Shown: piece after piece, positions 34,237 through 43,754 of the stretch
How positions within the stretch are numbered: the stretch's first letter is position 1
Layout: the number at the start of each line of letters is the position of its first letter
From: a virus
Taxonomy: Duplodnaviria; Caudoviricetes
Direction: 5' to 3' (one strand)
Length of the DNA: 53,700 nucleotides
Virus record (IMG/VR): IMGVR_UViG_3300037504_000611
Span: 1-53,700 of that record
Made by a program: the position numbers and the translations under genes
Notes under the pieces: generated by a model
The model's database searches: none
What the model saw: only the letters and a program-made list of their open reading frames with translations
What the model was told of the DNA's origin: nothing

Positions 34237-36432
34237 TCAATAACCGCTGCTGTGCTCATTCAACCATTGCGTAACCTGATTTTGTGCAGCCTCTTTACTA
34301 TCGAAAGAATAAAGCCAGAGTGCATTGCGCTCATCGTCGGTCAGCCAGTACGCGCCATTGTCGTCTGTGATGCGGAGTGCCCCCGCTTTGTACGCGTCCA
34401 GCACATCCCCGATGTATTCTTTTTGCGTTTTTTTGCCTATAGAATCGGTGTCACTCTGGTTACTCTTGCCATTTTTGGCCGTTTTATGGCTTTGTGATGC
34501 ATCGTCAAGAGTGACACCCCCAAAGTCACTCTGGGGTACTCTTGAAGGGTCGTGCGTCACTCTCGGAGAAGAGTGACTAGAGTAACCAGAGTGACTAGAG
34601 TAACCAGAGTGACTAGAGTGACACCTTTTTGACAGCCGTTTTTCGTATTTCCCATACCCCACCTTGGCAACAAGAAGATCATCGGTCACCCGGCGCAACA
34701 GCTTTTTAACTGCTGTCTCAGGCTTCTCAAGGATTTCTGCCAGTTGTTTGGGTGTATACGTGATACCCGGTTGCATTGCATCCAATAGAGCCTTGCGCTC
34801 CTGCGAGATTGCGTGTGTAGCCGCGTCGCCTTCAATGCGATGCTCGGTAGCGTAATCGTCCCAGGAGAGCGCCAATTCCTCATCATCGACGTCGCGCCCG
34901 CGAATATGCAACACCATATCATCAGAGGATGGCACACGCCCAACAATCCACATCGTTGCCACGCCGCCTGTCAAACCAGTAGAGCCGCTGATTTCATCAA
35001 ACACGTCATCGGCCTTCGCTTTGCGCGTGTGGTGGATAGCAACAATTGTGATGCGATGGCGCTCTGCAAACTCGTTCAGCGGTTTCACGGCGTTGTAATC
35101 GTCGTCGTATGGATTTGCATTTTTGTCGCGTGGTGCCCTGATATTCTGGAGGATATCCACAACAATCAGTGCTGTTGTTGGGTGGTGTTGCATCCATTCC
35201 TCAAGCATCTGAATGCCCGCCTCGCCACGCTCCCATTTTGTGAACAAGTGGAAGTTATCAGGCCACTCGATAGTATCTTCCAGCATTGCCCCCACGCGGC
35301 TTTTCATGCGGCGCTGGTTGCTCTCCAGGTCTAAATACAGCACTTCGCCAAGCCGTGTATCCAGACTGTCAAACGCCTTTCGCTGCTGCTGCTGCATTGC
35401 CACAGCCAGCGACAGACCCAACGCCAGCCAACTCTTTTTGGTCTTCGGTTTGCCAGCCAATAGACAGCAACCTTCTGGCAACAGCCCCGGCACAATCCAT
35501 TGCAACTCATCAAACTCTTTACGACGCAATGCGAATAACGTGATACCCTCTTGCATCCAGGATGGAGTGTATATTGTGCCTATTCGGGCGCGCTTTTCGA
35601 GTGCCTGCAACGTCTCTTCAGGATTGTCACGACAGAAATCAGCAAGGTCGTAACCGAAATCATTGCCCAAATCTATAGCCGTTCCCATCACCTGCTCAGC
35701 AATCTGCGGCGCAACCCTGCGGCCTTTGTCGTCGCTGTCGAGTGCCACATAGATACGACCTCGCCAGCGATCCTGTAGCTCTTCAATCAGGTGTTGTGGC
35801 AACTTTTTCTCGCCACCCGGTACACAGATGGCTGGCACGCCGTAGTGATGCGCCACTACGACAGACGCCTCGCCATTGCAGACCACCAGACAATCATGTT
35901 GCATACCGATTGCAACACCGAGGCCGTACCAACACGGTTTCCAGCCTTTTTCGTGATCGTATTTGAGTCCGGCCTTCTCTTCATTCAGATACCGATACCG
36001 GGTGCCTGTTTGTGTCGCAATAGCCAGCACTTTATGACCGCGCCGTTTCGCCTCTTTCCACCCGGCCTTGCTGAATACTTGCTGACTCACGCCGTGCTTT
36101 GCGGCGTAATCTTCGAGTGAGGTATATGCGGGCCTCGGTGTGTAGGTGGCGCCCTGCATTAACCCGGCGCGCTCCCATACGGTGCCCGATGATTGCGCGT
36201 CGCTGATTGTCTGGATATTCAGGCGCTCGGCCAACTCTCGTTGCGTGCCGCCTGTTTCGTCTTTGTGGTCATACCAAACCAGATAGCCATCATCATTTTC
36301 CGATACTGACAGCGTGCCACCATCAGCATCAGGCCGCCACGGTGTGTTGTAGCGGCCTTCGCCGTGTTGTGTGTTCCGGTATGGTTCAAGGGCTTGTAAG
36401 ATAACGGTTTTTGTCTCGTGCATCTGCATCAT
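34237..36432 (-). CDS. Primase-helicase (Toprim plus AAA_25/RepA-type helicase)
   Basis: VCNGE, ALDSDDKG, DLAD; Walker A GKPKTKKS, YLDLE, IVVDIL, HHTRK, SGSTG. Confidence 0.85.
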   Translation of the reverse strand: MMQMHETKTVILQALEPYRNTQHGEGRYNTPWRPDADGGTLSVSENDDGYLVWYDHKDETGGTQRELAERLNIQTISDAQSSGTVWERAGLMQGATYTPRPAYTSLEDYAAKHGVSQQVFSKAGWKEAKRRGHKVLAIATQTGTRYRYLNEEKAGLKYDHEKGWKPCWYGLGVAIGMQHDCLVVCNGEASVVVAHHYGVPAICVPGGEKKLPQHLIEELQDRWRGRIYVALDSDDKGRRVAPQIAEQVMGTAIDLGNDFGYDLADFCRDNPEETLQALEKRARIGTIYTPSWMQEGITLFALRRKEFDELQWIVPGLLPEGCCLLAGKPKTKKSWLALGLSLAVAMQQQQRKAFDSLDTRLGEVLYLDLESNQRRMKSRVGAMLEDTIEWPDNFHLFTKWERGEAGIQMLEEWMQHHPTTALIVVDILQNIRAPRDKNANPYDDDYNAVKPLNEFAERHRITIVAIHHTRKAKADDVFDEISGSTGLTGGVATMWIVGRVPSSDDMVLHIRGRDVDDEELALSWDDYATEHRIEGDAATHAISQERKALLDAMQPGITYTPKQLAEILEKPETAVKKLLRRVTDDLLVAKVGYGKYEKRLSKRCHSSHSGYSSHSGYSSHSSPRVTHDPSRVPQSDFGGVTLDDASQSHKTAKNGKSNQSDTDSIGKKTQKEYIGDVLDAYKAGALRITDDNGAYWLTDDERNALWLYSFDSKEAAQNQVTQWLNEHSSGY
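34450..34622. repeat. Iteron-like AGAGTRAC repeats, candidate replication origin
   Basis: 18-bp tandem unit about x3 (34570-34622) plus direct/inverted 8-mers at 34450, 34459, 34508, 34525, 34535 and 34556. Confidence 0.75.
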
Positions 36433-38222
36433 CGCGTCCTAATTTGCAATACCAATTCTTCGCCCTTCGCATACGCTCTCAGAAGAGCGCCTTTGACTTC
36501 CAGTTCGCCGCCCGCGTCCACCACCAGCCTCGCAAGTTCCTGGCGTTTTAATTTACGATCCATCTTAATGCGGCTGTACTCACAATCCAGGTTGTTGACC
36601 TGTTCATACAACGATTGTGGTGTATCTGAGCGGCACGGAGGCATGTTACTATCTGGTTCTGCGGTGTCTGACACCTGTTGTTCCTGTTCCGGGTCTTGTG
36701 GGGCTTCTGGTGGCTTCTCCTGATGCACGAAACAGAGATAGTGTTTGCTGCGAGTGAGTGCTACATAGCGCAGGTTCCATTCCTGTTCGGTTTGCCACTG
36801 CTGTGGATTGCGGAGTTGTAACGGTAGTTTGTCAGGGCGCAGGATGAATACTCGCTCCGCCTCCAGCCCTTTGGCACGATGGATGGTAGACAGCGTGATG
36901 ATACTGTCTTTGTCGTTGAATAAGCTCTCAAGCCGCGCCTTGAAAGTATCGGCGCTGGTACTCTGCCATTCCTGATAGCAACGTCGCACAGCATTCACAC
37001 GATCTTCCAGGGATTGCAGTTTTTCATCGTCGTCACCCAGTTTCGCGCCCTGCTCAGTATAATAAGTATCAAGGTGCCAAATAAACCGCTCCCAGGATTT
37101 GTCACCATTGTCGGTGGCCTGATCAACGATCTTTGTCAACTGCTTGCCAATATCGCGCCCGCGCACGGTGGCAGGTGTGCCACGCGCTATCAATTCCAGG
37201 CACGCATCAATCAATGGTGCCGTGAGGCGGCAAAGTATCAGGTCGTTCGGCTGTAGGTAGTTGTGCAAGTCTTGCTCACCAATATGTTCAACGATACCAT
37301 CAGGCGCATTGTCTCGGGCTTCGATCTCTGGTACAATTTCACGGGCCAGGTCGAGATGCCCAGACGGGCAGCGATAGCAGATGGATAGCGGCAGCCGGGT
37401 TGCATCGGTTGCACTGGCGATTTTCTGAAAACTGGCAGCATCGGCGCCCGCAAATCCATAAATAGCCTGCCTGCCATCGCCCACCGCCACAATGCGCCCG
37501 GTTTGATTGACGCATTTCAGCACGAGATCGAGTTGTGCCGCATTCAGGTCTTGCGCTTCGTCAATTAACACCCAATCGTACTGCTCTGGTGTCAATGCCC
37601 ACCGATGCGGTAAATAGAGTTGATCAACAAAGTCTATCGTTTTTTGTTCTGCCGCCAGATCGTTCCCGCGTTCAATGGTAATCTTGACCAGTAGCAATAG
37701 CTCGGTAGTGACATCTTCGATGCCATAGTGTCGTATCAGCCGCTCCAGTGCTGTCTGATCGCCAGGATCGCTCAACGTAATGCGCACAAACCGACATAGG
37801 TCATACAGCGCGCCTGACAACTTGCGCCGCTCATCATAATCATTTGCCAGTGGTGCAGTCAGGTCTTTCGCAATGGTGCGATATTTCCGATCATCCAGCG
37901 ACACGCGGCCCAAATACCGCGCCACCGTGCGATGGCCGATGCTATTGATCGTGCTCACGTTCGCGTTTTGCAGTTTCTTCTGCATTGGCTCTGCGATGTG
38001 CTTATTGAAGGCACAAAACAGGATAGAGCCGTTCAATCGTCTGGTGAGTTGTTCGAGTGTGGTGCTTTTACCGCTGCCAGCCACAGCTTCTACCAATGCG
38101 TTTCCGGTGTCTTGTTGTGCCCATTCAAAGATGGACGTCTGGTATTTCGATGGTAAAAACCCATTTGTTTGTGATGGTTCGGTCATCGTGTCCACTACCA
38201 TCGCCTGTTGTAATAAGTTCAT
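36429..38222 (-). CDS. UvrD/Rep-family (SF1) helicase
   Basis: AVAGSGKS, CAFNK, IDEAQD, VGDGRQAIYGF, CYRCP, STIHRAKGLE, YVALTR. Confidence 0.92.
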   Translation of the reverse strand: MNLLQQAMVVDTMTEPSQTNGFLPSKYQTSIFEWAQQDTGNALVEAVAGSGKSTTLEQLTRRLNGSILFCAFNKHIAEPMQKKLQNANVSTINSIGHRTVARYLGRVSLDDRKYRTIAKDLTAPLANDYDERRKLSGALYDLCRFVRITLSDPGDQTALERLIRHYGIEDVTTELLLLVKITIERGNDLAAEQKTIDFVDQLYLPHRWALTPEQYDWVLIDEAQDLNAAQLDLVLKCVNQTGRIVAVGDGRQAIYGFAGADAASFQKIASATDATRLPLSICYRCPSGHLDLAREIVPEIEARDNAPDGIVEHIGEQDLHNYLQPNDLILCRLTAPLIDACLELIARGTPATVRGRDIGKQLTKIVDQATDNGDKSWERFIWHLDTYYTEQGAKLGDDDEKLQSLEDRVNAVRRCYQEWQSTSADTFKARLESLFNDKDSIITLSTIHRAKGLEAERVFILRPDKLPLQLRNPQQWQTEQEWNLRYVALTRSKHYLCFVHQEKPPEAPQDPEQEQQVSDTAEPDSNMPPCRSDTPQSLYEQVNNLDCEYSRIKMDRKLKRQELARLVVDAGGELEVKGALLRAYAKGEELVLQIRTR

Positions 38223-38773
38223 TCTGCTACCTCTGCATCTATAATCGTGTTATCAAACTCGCTCGCCAGATATAAGCCGGCTAGCAGGTCAGGCACCACA
38301 ATGCGGGCGCACATTGAAATAGCGCGCCAGCGACACATATTCGCTGGGTACTTCCTCCAGTTGCTATCGGGCTTGACCAGCCCGGCCCGCTCCGCATCAT
38401 CCACGCTATAGGTGAGCGTGAAGCGAAACCCGGTCCTGCGCACCATCGTGACAGTGCAGGCGTCGTCTGTGCTGCTGTCAATCTGGAGGCGCACAATGTC
38501 GGGGCGGCTCTGGATTTTCGCCAACATCCCTTGTGAAGTGAGCGCAACCTTGCCCATCACCACTTGCAGGTTGTCGCCCACGCTTGACAGTGGAAACCCA
38601 AGCTCATACGCCTTCAGCATCACGAATGCAGCCTGTTCTGGCTTACTTACGCCTGCTACTAGACGGCATTCATAGACGGTTTCAGACATAGACATGATTA
38701 GGTTCCACGCCTCCGACGTCACTTCGCGGCGTGCTAGTTCGGTGGTTGTAGTCGGTGCTAATTCGTTCGTCAT
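38219..38773 (-). CDS. RecT-like single-strand annealing protein
   Basis: MLKAYELG, VVMGKVAL, AERAGL...SNWRKYPANMCRWRA...PDLLAGLY. Confidence 0.75.
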   Translation of the reverse strand: MTNELAPTTTTELARREVTSEAWNLIMSMSETVYECRLVAGVSKPEQAAFVMLKAYELGFPLSSVGDNLQVVMGKVALTSQGMLAKIQSRPDIVRLQIDSSTDDACTVTMVRRTGFRFTLTYSVDDAERAGLVKPDSNWRKYPANMCRWRAISMCARIVVPDLLAGLYLASEFDNTIIDAEVAE

Positions 38774-39414
38774 GTTGCCTCCTCTGGCTCGTGAACCTCT
38801 ACGCGGAAACTCATATCATCGTGCAATCCGAGCACCTCTCGTATATTGCGGCGGGTTTCCTGGCCGATGCCTGGGAACTCATATTCATCATCGGTGAGCA
38901 CCATCAGTGCCCACGCAGCGCTTTTGCAATGCTCCAGGAGCGCTATAGCCTTCTTCTCTCCGAGCCCTGGGAGTGCCAGCAGCATATCCAGCTCGGGATC
39001 GGCAAACAGCACCTCACGCGGCGGGCGCACGCGGCGGGTTGTACGGTCGCGTTTTGCAAGGCGTTGCACTGTTTCGACCAGCGTTTCCTGCTTGATATGC
39101 AGCGTGCCAACGCCAGTTTCTTGCACGCTGAGTAACGCACTAGACAGGTCATCGTCAAGCGTGCGCTTCTCTTCCAGCGTGATGAGGTATGCCCAGGGTG
39201 AGAGACCGCGCAGTTTTAGCATATCAGCATAGAGCGTCTTGTTGCGCAATGCGTGACGCAGATCATTCGTAGTCATCACAGATATCGCCAGTTGCGCGCC
39301 ATCGGCGCATACGGCCAGATACGATGCTGATGTAATCGGCGCGCTAATGGCAGGTACACCCCAATCTGGCTGTGCTTGCATATCTAGTCCATTATAGAGT
39401 ATGCTAGTCAGCAT
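38770..39414 (-). CDS. ERCC4-like fold plus (HhH)2, catalytic motif apparently degenerate
   Basis: HhH pair LPGLGEKKA / FPGIGQET; N-terminal layout resembles ERCC4 but lacks GD/ERK. Confidence 0.5.
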   Translation of the reverse strand: MLTSILYNGLDMQAQPDWGVPAISAPITSASYLAVCADGAQLAISVMTTNDLRHALRNKTLYADMLKLRGLSPWAYLITLEEKRTLDDDLSSALLSVQETGVGTLHIKQETLVETVQRLAKRDRTTRRVRPPREVLFADPELDMLLALPGLGEKKAIALLEHCKSAAWALMVLTDDEYEFPGIGQETRRNIREVLGLHDDMSFRVEVHEPEEAT

Positions 39415-40048
39415 TGTTCTCTCCTGACAGTCCATACAGACCATAGTTAATGCGCTGAATTGCGCCGCGTTTTACTAGCCTGAGCAGGCGCTTTTGTGCG
39501 GTGTTAGGAGTAACATTAAGATGGCGTGCAATCAACTTGACACGGGCGCGACCTCCGAGCGCCCGCAATGCGTCAATGGTTTCACGGTTGCATTCGAGTG
39601 CCAGATAATCGTCCTGGTGCGGCGGAACCCTGGTGCTCTTCAGTTCCTCTTGCACAATGCTACGCACGTCTTCACGGCTCAGGGTAGACGCGGATGGCTG
39701 TGGCTGGCGCTGGCTGTCGAGAATGAACCGCAGGCATGCCAGATGCAAAGTGGGCGAAAGATACATTGCATAGGCGAGTGCTAACTCCTCGCAGTACCAG
39801 GTAGAGCCGCCGCCGCGCTGCCCACCTTCCGTAGTACCTTTGCGTGTCTCTGTGATTGAAGTGGTTTCAGCCCACTTCAAAAGTTCCTCAACAAGTTCTT
39901 GTGTTTGTTCTTGCCGAAACCATTCAACAGGGCGCTTGTGTTCGGGCGCGCCGCTGGTTTTGAACATTTCGGTTACGTTGATCAGGCGATGGCTACGATC
40001 TGCCTTGTCGATTGAAATACCGTCGCCGTATGGTATAATGTCATACAT
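39404..40048 (-). CDS. KilA-N domain protein with C-terminal winged HTH (paralog 1)
   Basis: INVTEMFK...WF...TW...LALAYAMYLSP. Confidence 0.85.
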   Translation of the reverse strand: MYDIIPYGDGISIDKADRSHRLINVTEMFKTSGAPEHKRPVEWFRQEQTQELVEELLKWAETTSITETRKGTTEGGQRGGGSTWYCEELALAYAMYLSPTLHLACLRFILDSQRQPQPSASTLSREDVRSIVQEELKSTRVPPHQDDYLALECNRETIDALRALGGRARVKLIARHLNVTPNTAQKRLLRLVKRGAIQRINYGLYGLSGENNAD

Positions 40049-40064
40049 AATATTGTCCTTTCTG

Positions 40065-40100
40065 AAATACCTGTGCGGTGGTTGCCGCACAGGTATTTTT
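40065..40100. terminator. Perfect 14-bp hairpin, probable bidirectional terminator
   Basis: AAATACCTGTGCGG / CCGCACAGGTATTT. Confidence 0.65.
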
Positions 40101-40108
40101 GATTATCA

Positions 40109-40831
40109 TTAGTAGGGTAGTATTCCGGTTAGCTCTGTTACTTCCGGGCTGGTCATCGTGATGCCCGCGTCATTCATCAGCGGGTTGGCTTCGAGCATCT
40201 GCTGAAACGCTGCATTCGGATCGCTCTGCTGCTGTGCTGCCGTCCACATCGCAGGCAGTAGCGCGAGCAACATGGCGCGTTGCGGGTGCTCTTCAACAGG
40301 CTGTGGTACGTTTTTGGCCTGGACATCGTGACCAGAACCATTGCGGCGCTCATCCCAGAACGCCTCTGCAGCGGCCTCACAGGCTTCGCTGCTCTCGAAA
40401 ACCTCAACGAACCGGGGCGTCGTCAAATCCTTCTGCTCTCCATCTTTGTTCGTGTACTCGCCAACTTTGACCAGCTCGATGTGCACCCAATGCTTATGCA
40501 CCTGGGTCATCGGGTCGGCAATACCGAGCGCTTTGAGTGATGGGAGCACAACCTTCGTCCAGTCGGGCCGCTTGCGGGAGCGTGCCTGCATCGTGCGTGT
40601 GATGGTGTATGTGGCACCATCACGGCTTGTTCCGTAAAAATGGAAGGCAATCTCAACATCCGGGTTTTTGTGTTCTGGATTGCCAGCGTCATAGTTGATC
40701 AACTGCCAGCGACCGTCTATCTGCTGAAACACGACCTCGCGTGTGTCAATCTCACACTCCACAAAATAGTCCTTTGTCCGGGATTGCGGTTCGGTCGTTG
40801 CGTTCATTGCGTTTGTCATTGCGTTGTTCAT
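40109..40831 (-). CDS. Hypothetical protein, possibly ssDNA-binding
   Basis: 240 aa in the recombination module, beta-rich N-half, ends ILPY. Confidence 0.5.
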   Translation of the reverse strand: MNNAMTNAMNATTEPQSRTKDYFVECEIDTREVVFQQIDGRWQLINYDAGNPEHKNPDVEIAFHFYGTSRDGATYTITRTMQARSRKRPDWTKVVLPSLKALGIADPMTQVHKHWVHIELVKVGEYTNKDGEQKDLTTPRFVEVFESSEACEAAAEAFWDERRNGSGHDVQAKNVPQPVEEHPQRAMLLALLPAMWTAAQQQSDPNAAFQQMLEANPLMNDAGITMTSPEVTELTGILPY

Positions 40832-40901
40832 CGTTTGTTCCCTCCGTTATTTAATGCTCTTCGTGCCGTATCGTTGCTCCCCGTCCCCACCGGGGAGCTT
40901 T

Positions 40902-41426
40902 CTATGTTGCTCGTTCTGCTAGTACGCGCCCTCGGATGACACACTCTGTTGCCAATGCCACACCAAGCGCGTCGGCTATGGCTTCTCGGTCTGCCTTGCG
41001 GCCCTCCTGTGCTACGCCATACGCTGCTGCCATTGCTACCATCTGTGCCTTATCAGCCGTGCCAGTGGTGGCGAGCGCCTGCTTTGCCTGGCCTGGCTTG
41101 ACCATATACCAGCGTGCCCCATAGGTATCAGCGAGTCGCTGAATATGGCCCACGAGGTAACTCGTTTCTATCAGGCTGCGCACGTTGTATTTCGCGATCT
41201 GCTCCTCAATGCCCACTTCAAATATGAAGTGATTCCTGAATAATGGTGTCAAAGACTCCGTGGCAAGGTCCAGGCGTTTTTGCAGCGGGATTTCTCCTGG
41301 TTTCTTGCCTGCTTCCAGGCGATCAAACCGGAATGTTTGCGATTGGATAACCCTCCGCTCTGTTGTGTCAAACAACACAACCCCCATCGGGTTGCTAATG
41401 CTGGGGTCTATTCCAAGGATAATCAC
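40902..41426 (-). CDS. ruvC: RuvC-like Holliday junction resolvase
   Basis: ILGIDPS, GIEE, KQAL...GTADKAQMV, IADALGVA. Confidence 0.85.
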   Translation of the reverse strand: MIILGIDPSISNPMGVVLFDTTERRVIQSQTFRFDRLEAGKKPGEIPLQKRLDLATESLTPLFRNHFIFEVGIEEQIAKYNVRSLIETSYLVGHIQRLADTYGARWYMVKPGQAKQALATTGTADKAQMVAMAAAYGVAQEGRKADREAIADALGVALATECVIRGRVLAERAT

Positions 41427-41635
41427 GCTGCCACCTCCACTGGCTCTGGGTCAGGGTCGTCGTAATACACCGCGCCGCGCACGGTGTACCCGAATGTGTG
41501 TTCCTGGCTCGCCAGAAGATACCCGAACACCTGACAGTCAGTCAGGCCAGCGACAAACGCGTCAATGTGCCTTGTCACGATGTCAATCGCCTCTTGCCGC
41601 TGTGGGCGGGTGACGGTCATCTCACTCCGCTTCAT
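41423..41635 (-). CDS. Hypothetical protein
   Basis: 70 aa, SD GGAGG. Confidence 0.6.
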   Translation of the reverse strand: MKRSEMTVTRPQRQEAIDIVTRHIDAFVAGLTDCQVFGYLLASQEHTFGYTVRGAVYYDDPDPEPVEVAA

Positions 41636-41951
41636 ATACCCTCCGCTCTATCTCCTTGATAACGCTCAGTGCATCCCCATGCCAGGGGAGCGCTCGGTTG
41701 TACTCCAGGTCGTCCCGTGGCACGTGCCACGGGAAATGGCGCAATTCCTTGTATGCCTGCAATGCCTGAGAAAATGACATACCAGGACCAATTGCCAGGC
41801 CAGTTGGGGTATGGTAGACACAATATTCGTCGTACTTGTCGGGTTGTAGTAAGTGTTCTCCTGAGGGAGCGATGGCGAGATTACCGTCAACAAATCCCTC
41901 AGTTTCTACTGTGTAATCCTTTGCGATTCTCACACTAATAGGGACCATCAT
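41622..41951 (-). CDS. Hypothetical protein
   Basis: 109 aa, SD AAGGAG. Confidence 0.6.
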   Translation of the reverse strand: MMVPISVRIAKDYTVETEGFVDGNLAIAPSGEHLLQPDKYDEYCVYHTPTGLAIGPGMSFSQALQAYKELRHFPWHVPRDDLEYNRALPWHGDALSVIKEIERRVYEAE

Positions 41952-42162
41952 CCCTGTTCTCCTTTCGTGCTACAATGGAGGGCGAGGCTGCGCTCTCCTC
42001 ATCGTGGCCCCTGGTGCTGCCCTGAACAGCCCTGTGCGCGTTTTCATCCGGCCCGAACAATGCCAGTGTGCGTGCGCGCCATACCGCGCCAAAGTCCCAC
42101 CCTGGCTTTTTTCGCGCCAGTGGTGAGGTCAGGGCGCGGTATGCCTCTCGTATTTTGATCAT
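41935..42162 (-). CDS. Hypothetical protein
   Basis: 75 aa, SD AAGGAGG. Confidence 0.5.
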   Translation of the reverse strand: MIKIREAYRALTSPLARKKPGWDFGAVWRARTLALFGPDENAHRAVQGSTRGHDEESAASPSIVARKENRDDGPY

Positions 42163-42173
42163 CCCTGTCCTCC

Positions 42174-42860
42174 TTAGTTATTCGAGCATTTTACCATGTC
42201 GGGCATGAGCTCATATGTGCCATACAGCACCCGCTTTACAAGCCCGCGCTCTTCTAGGCGGCGCAAACGACGGCACACCGTGTTGTTTTTCTCCGCGCCC
42301 ATATGCGTTGCAAGGTCTTTTACTGTGGCCTTGCCCCCCAATGCCCTGAGCGCGTCTAGCGTTTCCTTGTTGATCGGCCACAGGACATAGCTCTCTGTGC
42401 GAGGGATGCGCTTTTGCTTCGCTGGCTTTCTCCTCCCGCGCATCTCTTCCTGTATCATCTGCCGCACATCTTCACGGCTCAGGCCGTGCGCGGCTGGCTG
42501 TGACTGGCGCTGGCTGTCCAGAATGAAGCGCAGGCACGCCAGATGCAACGCAGGCGAAAGATACATCGCATAGGCCAGGGCTAACTCCTCGCAATACCAG
42601 GTAGACCCGCCGCCGCGTTGCCCGCCTTCCGTGGTGCCTCTCCGTGTCTCAGTGATTGAAGTCCTCTCAGGGGACTTCAAAATTTCCTCAATAAGCTCCT
42701 GTGTGCTTTCGTGCTCAAACCATTTGGCGGGCTTCTTGTGTTCCGGCGCGCCGCTGGCCTTGAACATCTCGGTCACGTTGATGAGCCGATGGGTGCGCTC
42801 AGCCCGGTCTATGGGTATACCTTCACTATTGCCATACGGTATGATGTCGTACTCTTGCAT
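42174..42860 (-). CDS. KilA-N domain protein with C-terminal winged HTH (paralog 2)
   Basis: KilA-N region near-identical to 39404..40048. Confidence 0.85.
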   Translation of the reverse strand: MQEYDIIPYGNSEGIPIDRAERTHRLINVTEMFKASGAPEHKKPAKWFEHESTQELIEEILKSPERTSITETRRGTTEGGQRGGGSTWYCEELALAYAMYLSPALHLACLRFILDSQRQSQPAAHGLSREDVRQMIQEEMRGRRKPAKQKRIPRTESYVLWPINKETLDALRALGGKATVKDLATHMGAEKNNTVCRRLRRLEERGLVKRVLYGTYELMPDMVKCSNN

Positions 42861-42938
42861 ATCCTGTTCACCTCTCGCTCTGGACGGGTGACGGTCACCT
42901 CACTCTGCCTCATAATAGTTTTCCCTCCGTGCTACAGG

Positions 42939-43754
42939 TTATGGTACAGGCTCCAGGAGAGTGAGCCGCTCGCAGCGCGCCTTTCCGTCGGTACCGAACG
43001 GCACAACCACTCCTGGTAGGTCGCGCCAATTGATGATGCATCGCCAGATTGTGGCGTGTGGATATTCTGCCACACACCACTCCATTGTGGCGAAATTGAC
43101 CCCGCTCCCGCAGTCAGTGGCGCGGTCTGGGTTGCAAACCTCCGTCAGAGCCGCCCCGGGGGCGATTTCCCAATGTGCGGGGGGCGAGTACTCCGTGCCC
43201 CCGAGCGCCTTATAGACGACGTACCCGTCGTCCGTTGCCTCAAAATTTCCCGCAATCCACTCGGATTGCGATTTGACTCCCACGGCCCCTTGCAGGTCTG
43301 CCCTGCTGAGGTTCGCCCCGCGCAGGTCTGCTATGTGCAGGTTCGCCCCTCGCAGGTCGGCCCCTCGCAGTTCGGCTCCGCTGAGGTCGGCCCCTCGCAG
43401 GTCTGCCCTGCTGAGGTTCGCCCCTTGCAGGTTCGCCTCTCGCAGTTCGGCCCCGCTGAGGTCGGCCCAGCTGAGGTCGGCCCAGCTGAGGTCGGCCCCG
43501 CTGAGGTTGGCCCCTATCAGGTCGGCCCCTCGCAGGTCGGGCCCGCTGAGGTTGGCCCCTTGCAGATTGGCCCAGCTGAGGTCGGCCCCTCGCAGGTCTG
43601 CCCTGCTGAGGTTCGCCTCTCGCAGGTCGGTCCCTCGCAGCTCGGCCCTGCTGAGGTCTGCCCCGCTGAGGTCTGCCCTGCTGAGGTCGGCCCTGCTGAG
43701 GTCGGCCCAGCCGAGGTTCGCCCCGCTCACAATATCGTGTCCGTTCACCTTCAT
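42939..43754 (-). CDS. Pentapeptide-repeat protein
   Basis: About 29 A(D/N/E)Lxx repeats (15-bp units, about 43280-43730) plus a C-terminal domain DCGSGVNFAT...DGKARC. Confidence 0.92.
   Translation of the reverse strand: MKVNGHDIVSGANLGWADLSRADLSRADLSGADLSRAELRGTDLREANLSRADLRGADLSWANLQGANLSGPDLRGADLIGANLSGADLSWADLSWADLSGAELREANLQGANLSRADLRGADLSGAELRGADLRGANLHIADLRGANLSRADLQGAVGVKSQSEWIAGNFEATDDGYVVYKALGGTEYSPPAHWEIAPGAALTEVCNPDRATDCGSGVNFATMEWCVAEYPHATIWRCIINWRDLPGVVVPFGTDGKARCERLTLLEPVP

Noticed and set aside
39404-42860. Diversity-generating retroelement template/variable repeat pair
   Set aside because: No reverse transcriptase in the genome, both copies are full genes, and the differences do not look adenine-specific
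43280-43730. CRISPR array or non-coding tandem repeat
   Set aside because: 15-bp in-frame units without unique spacers; explained by pentapeptide coding
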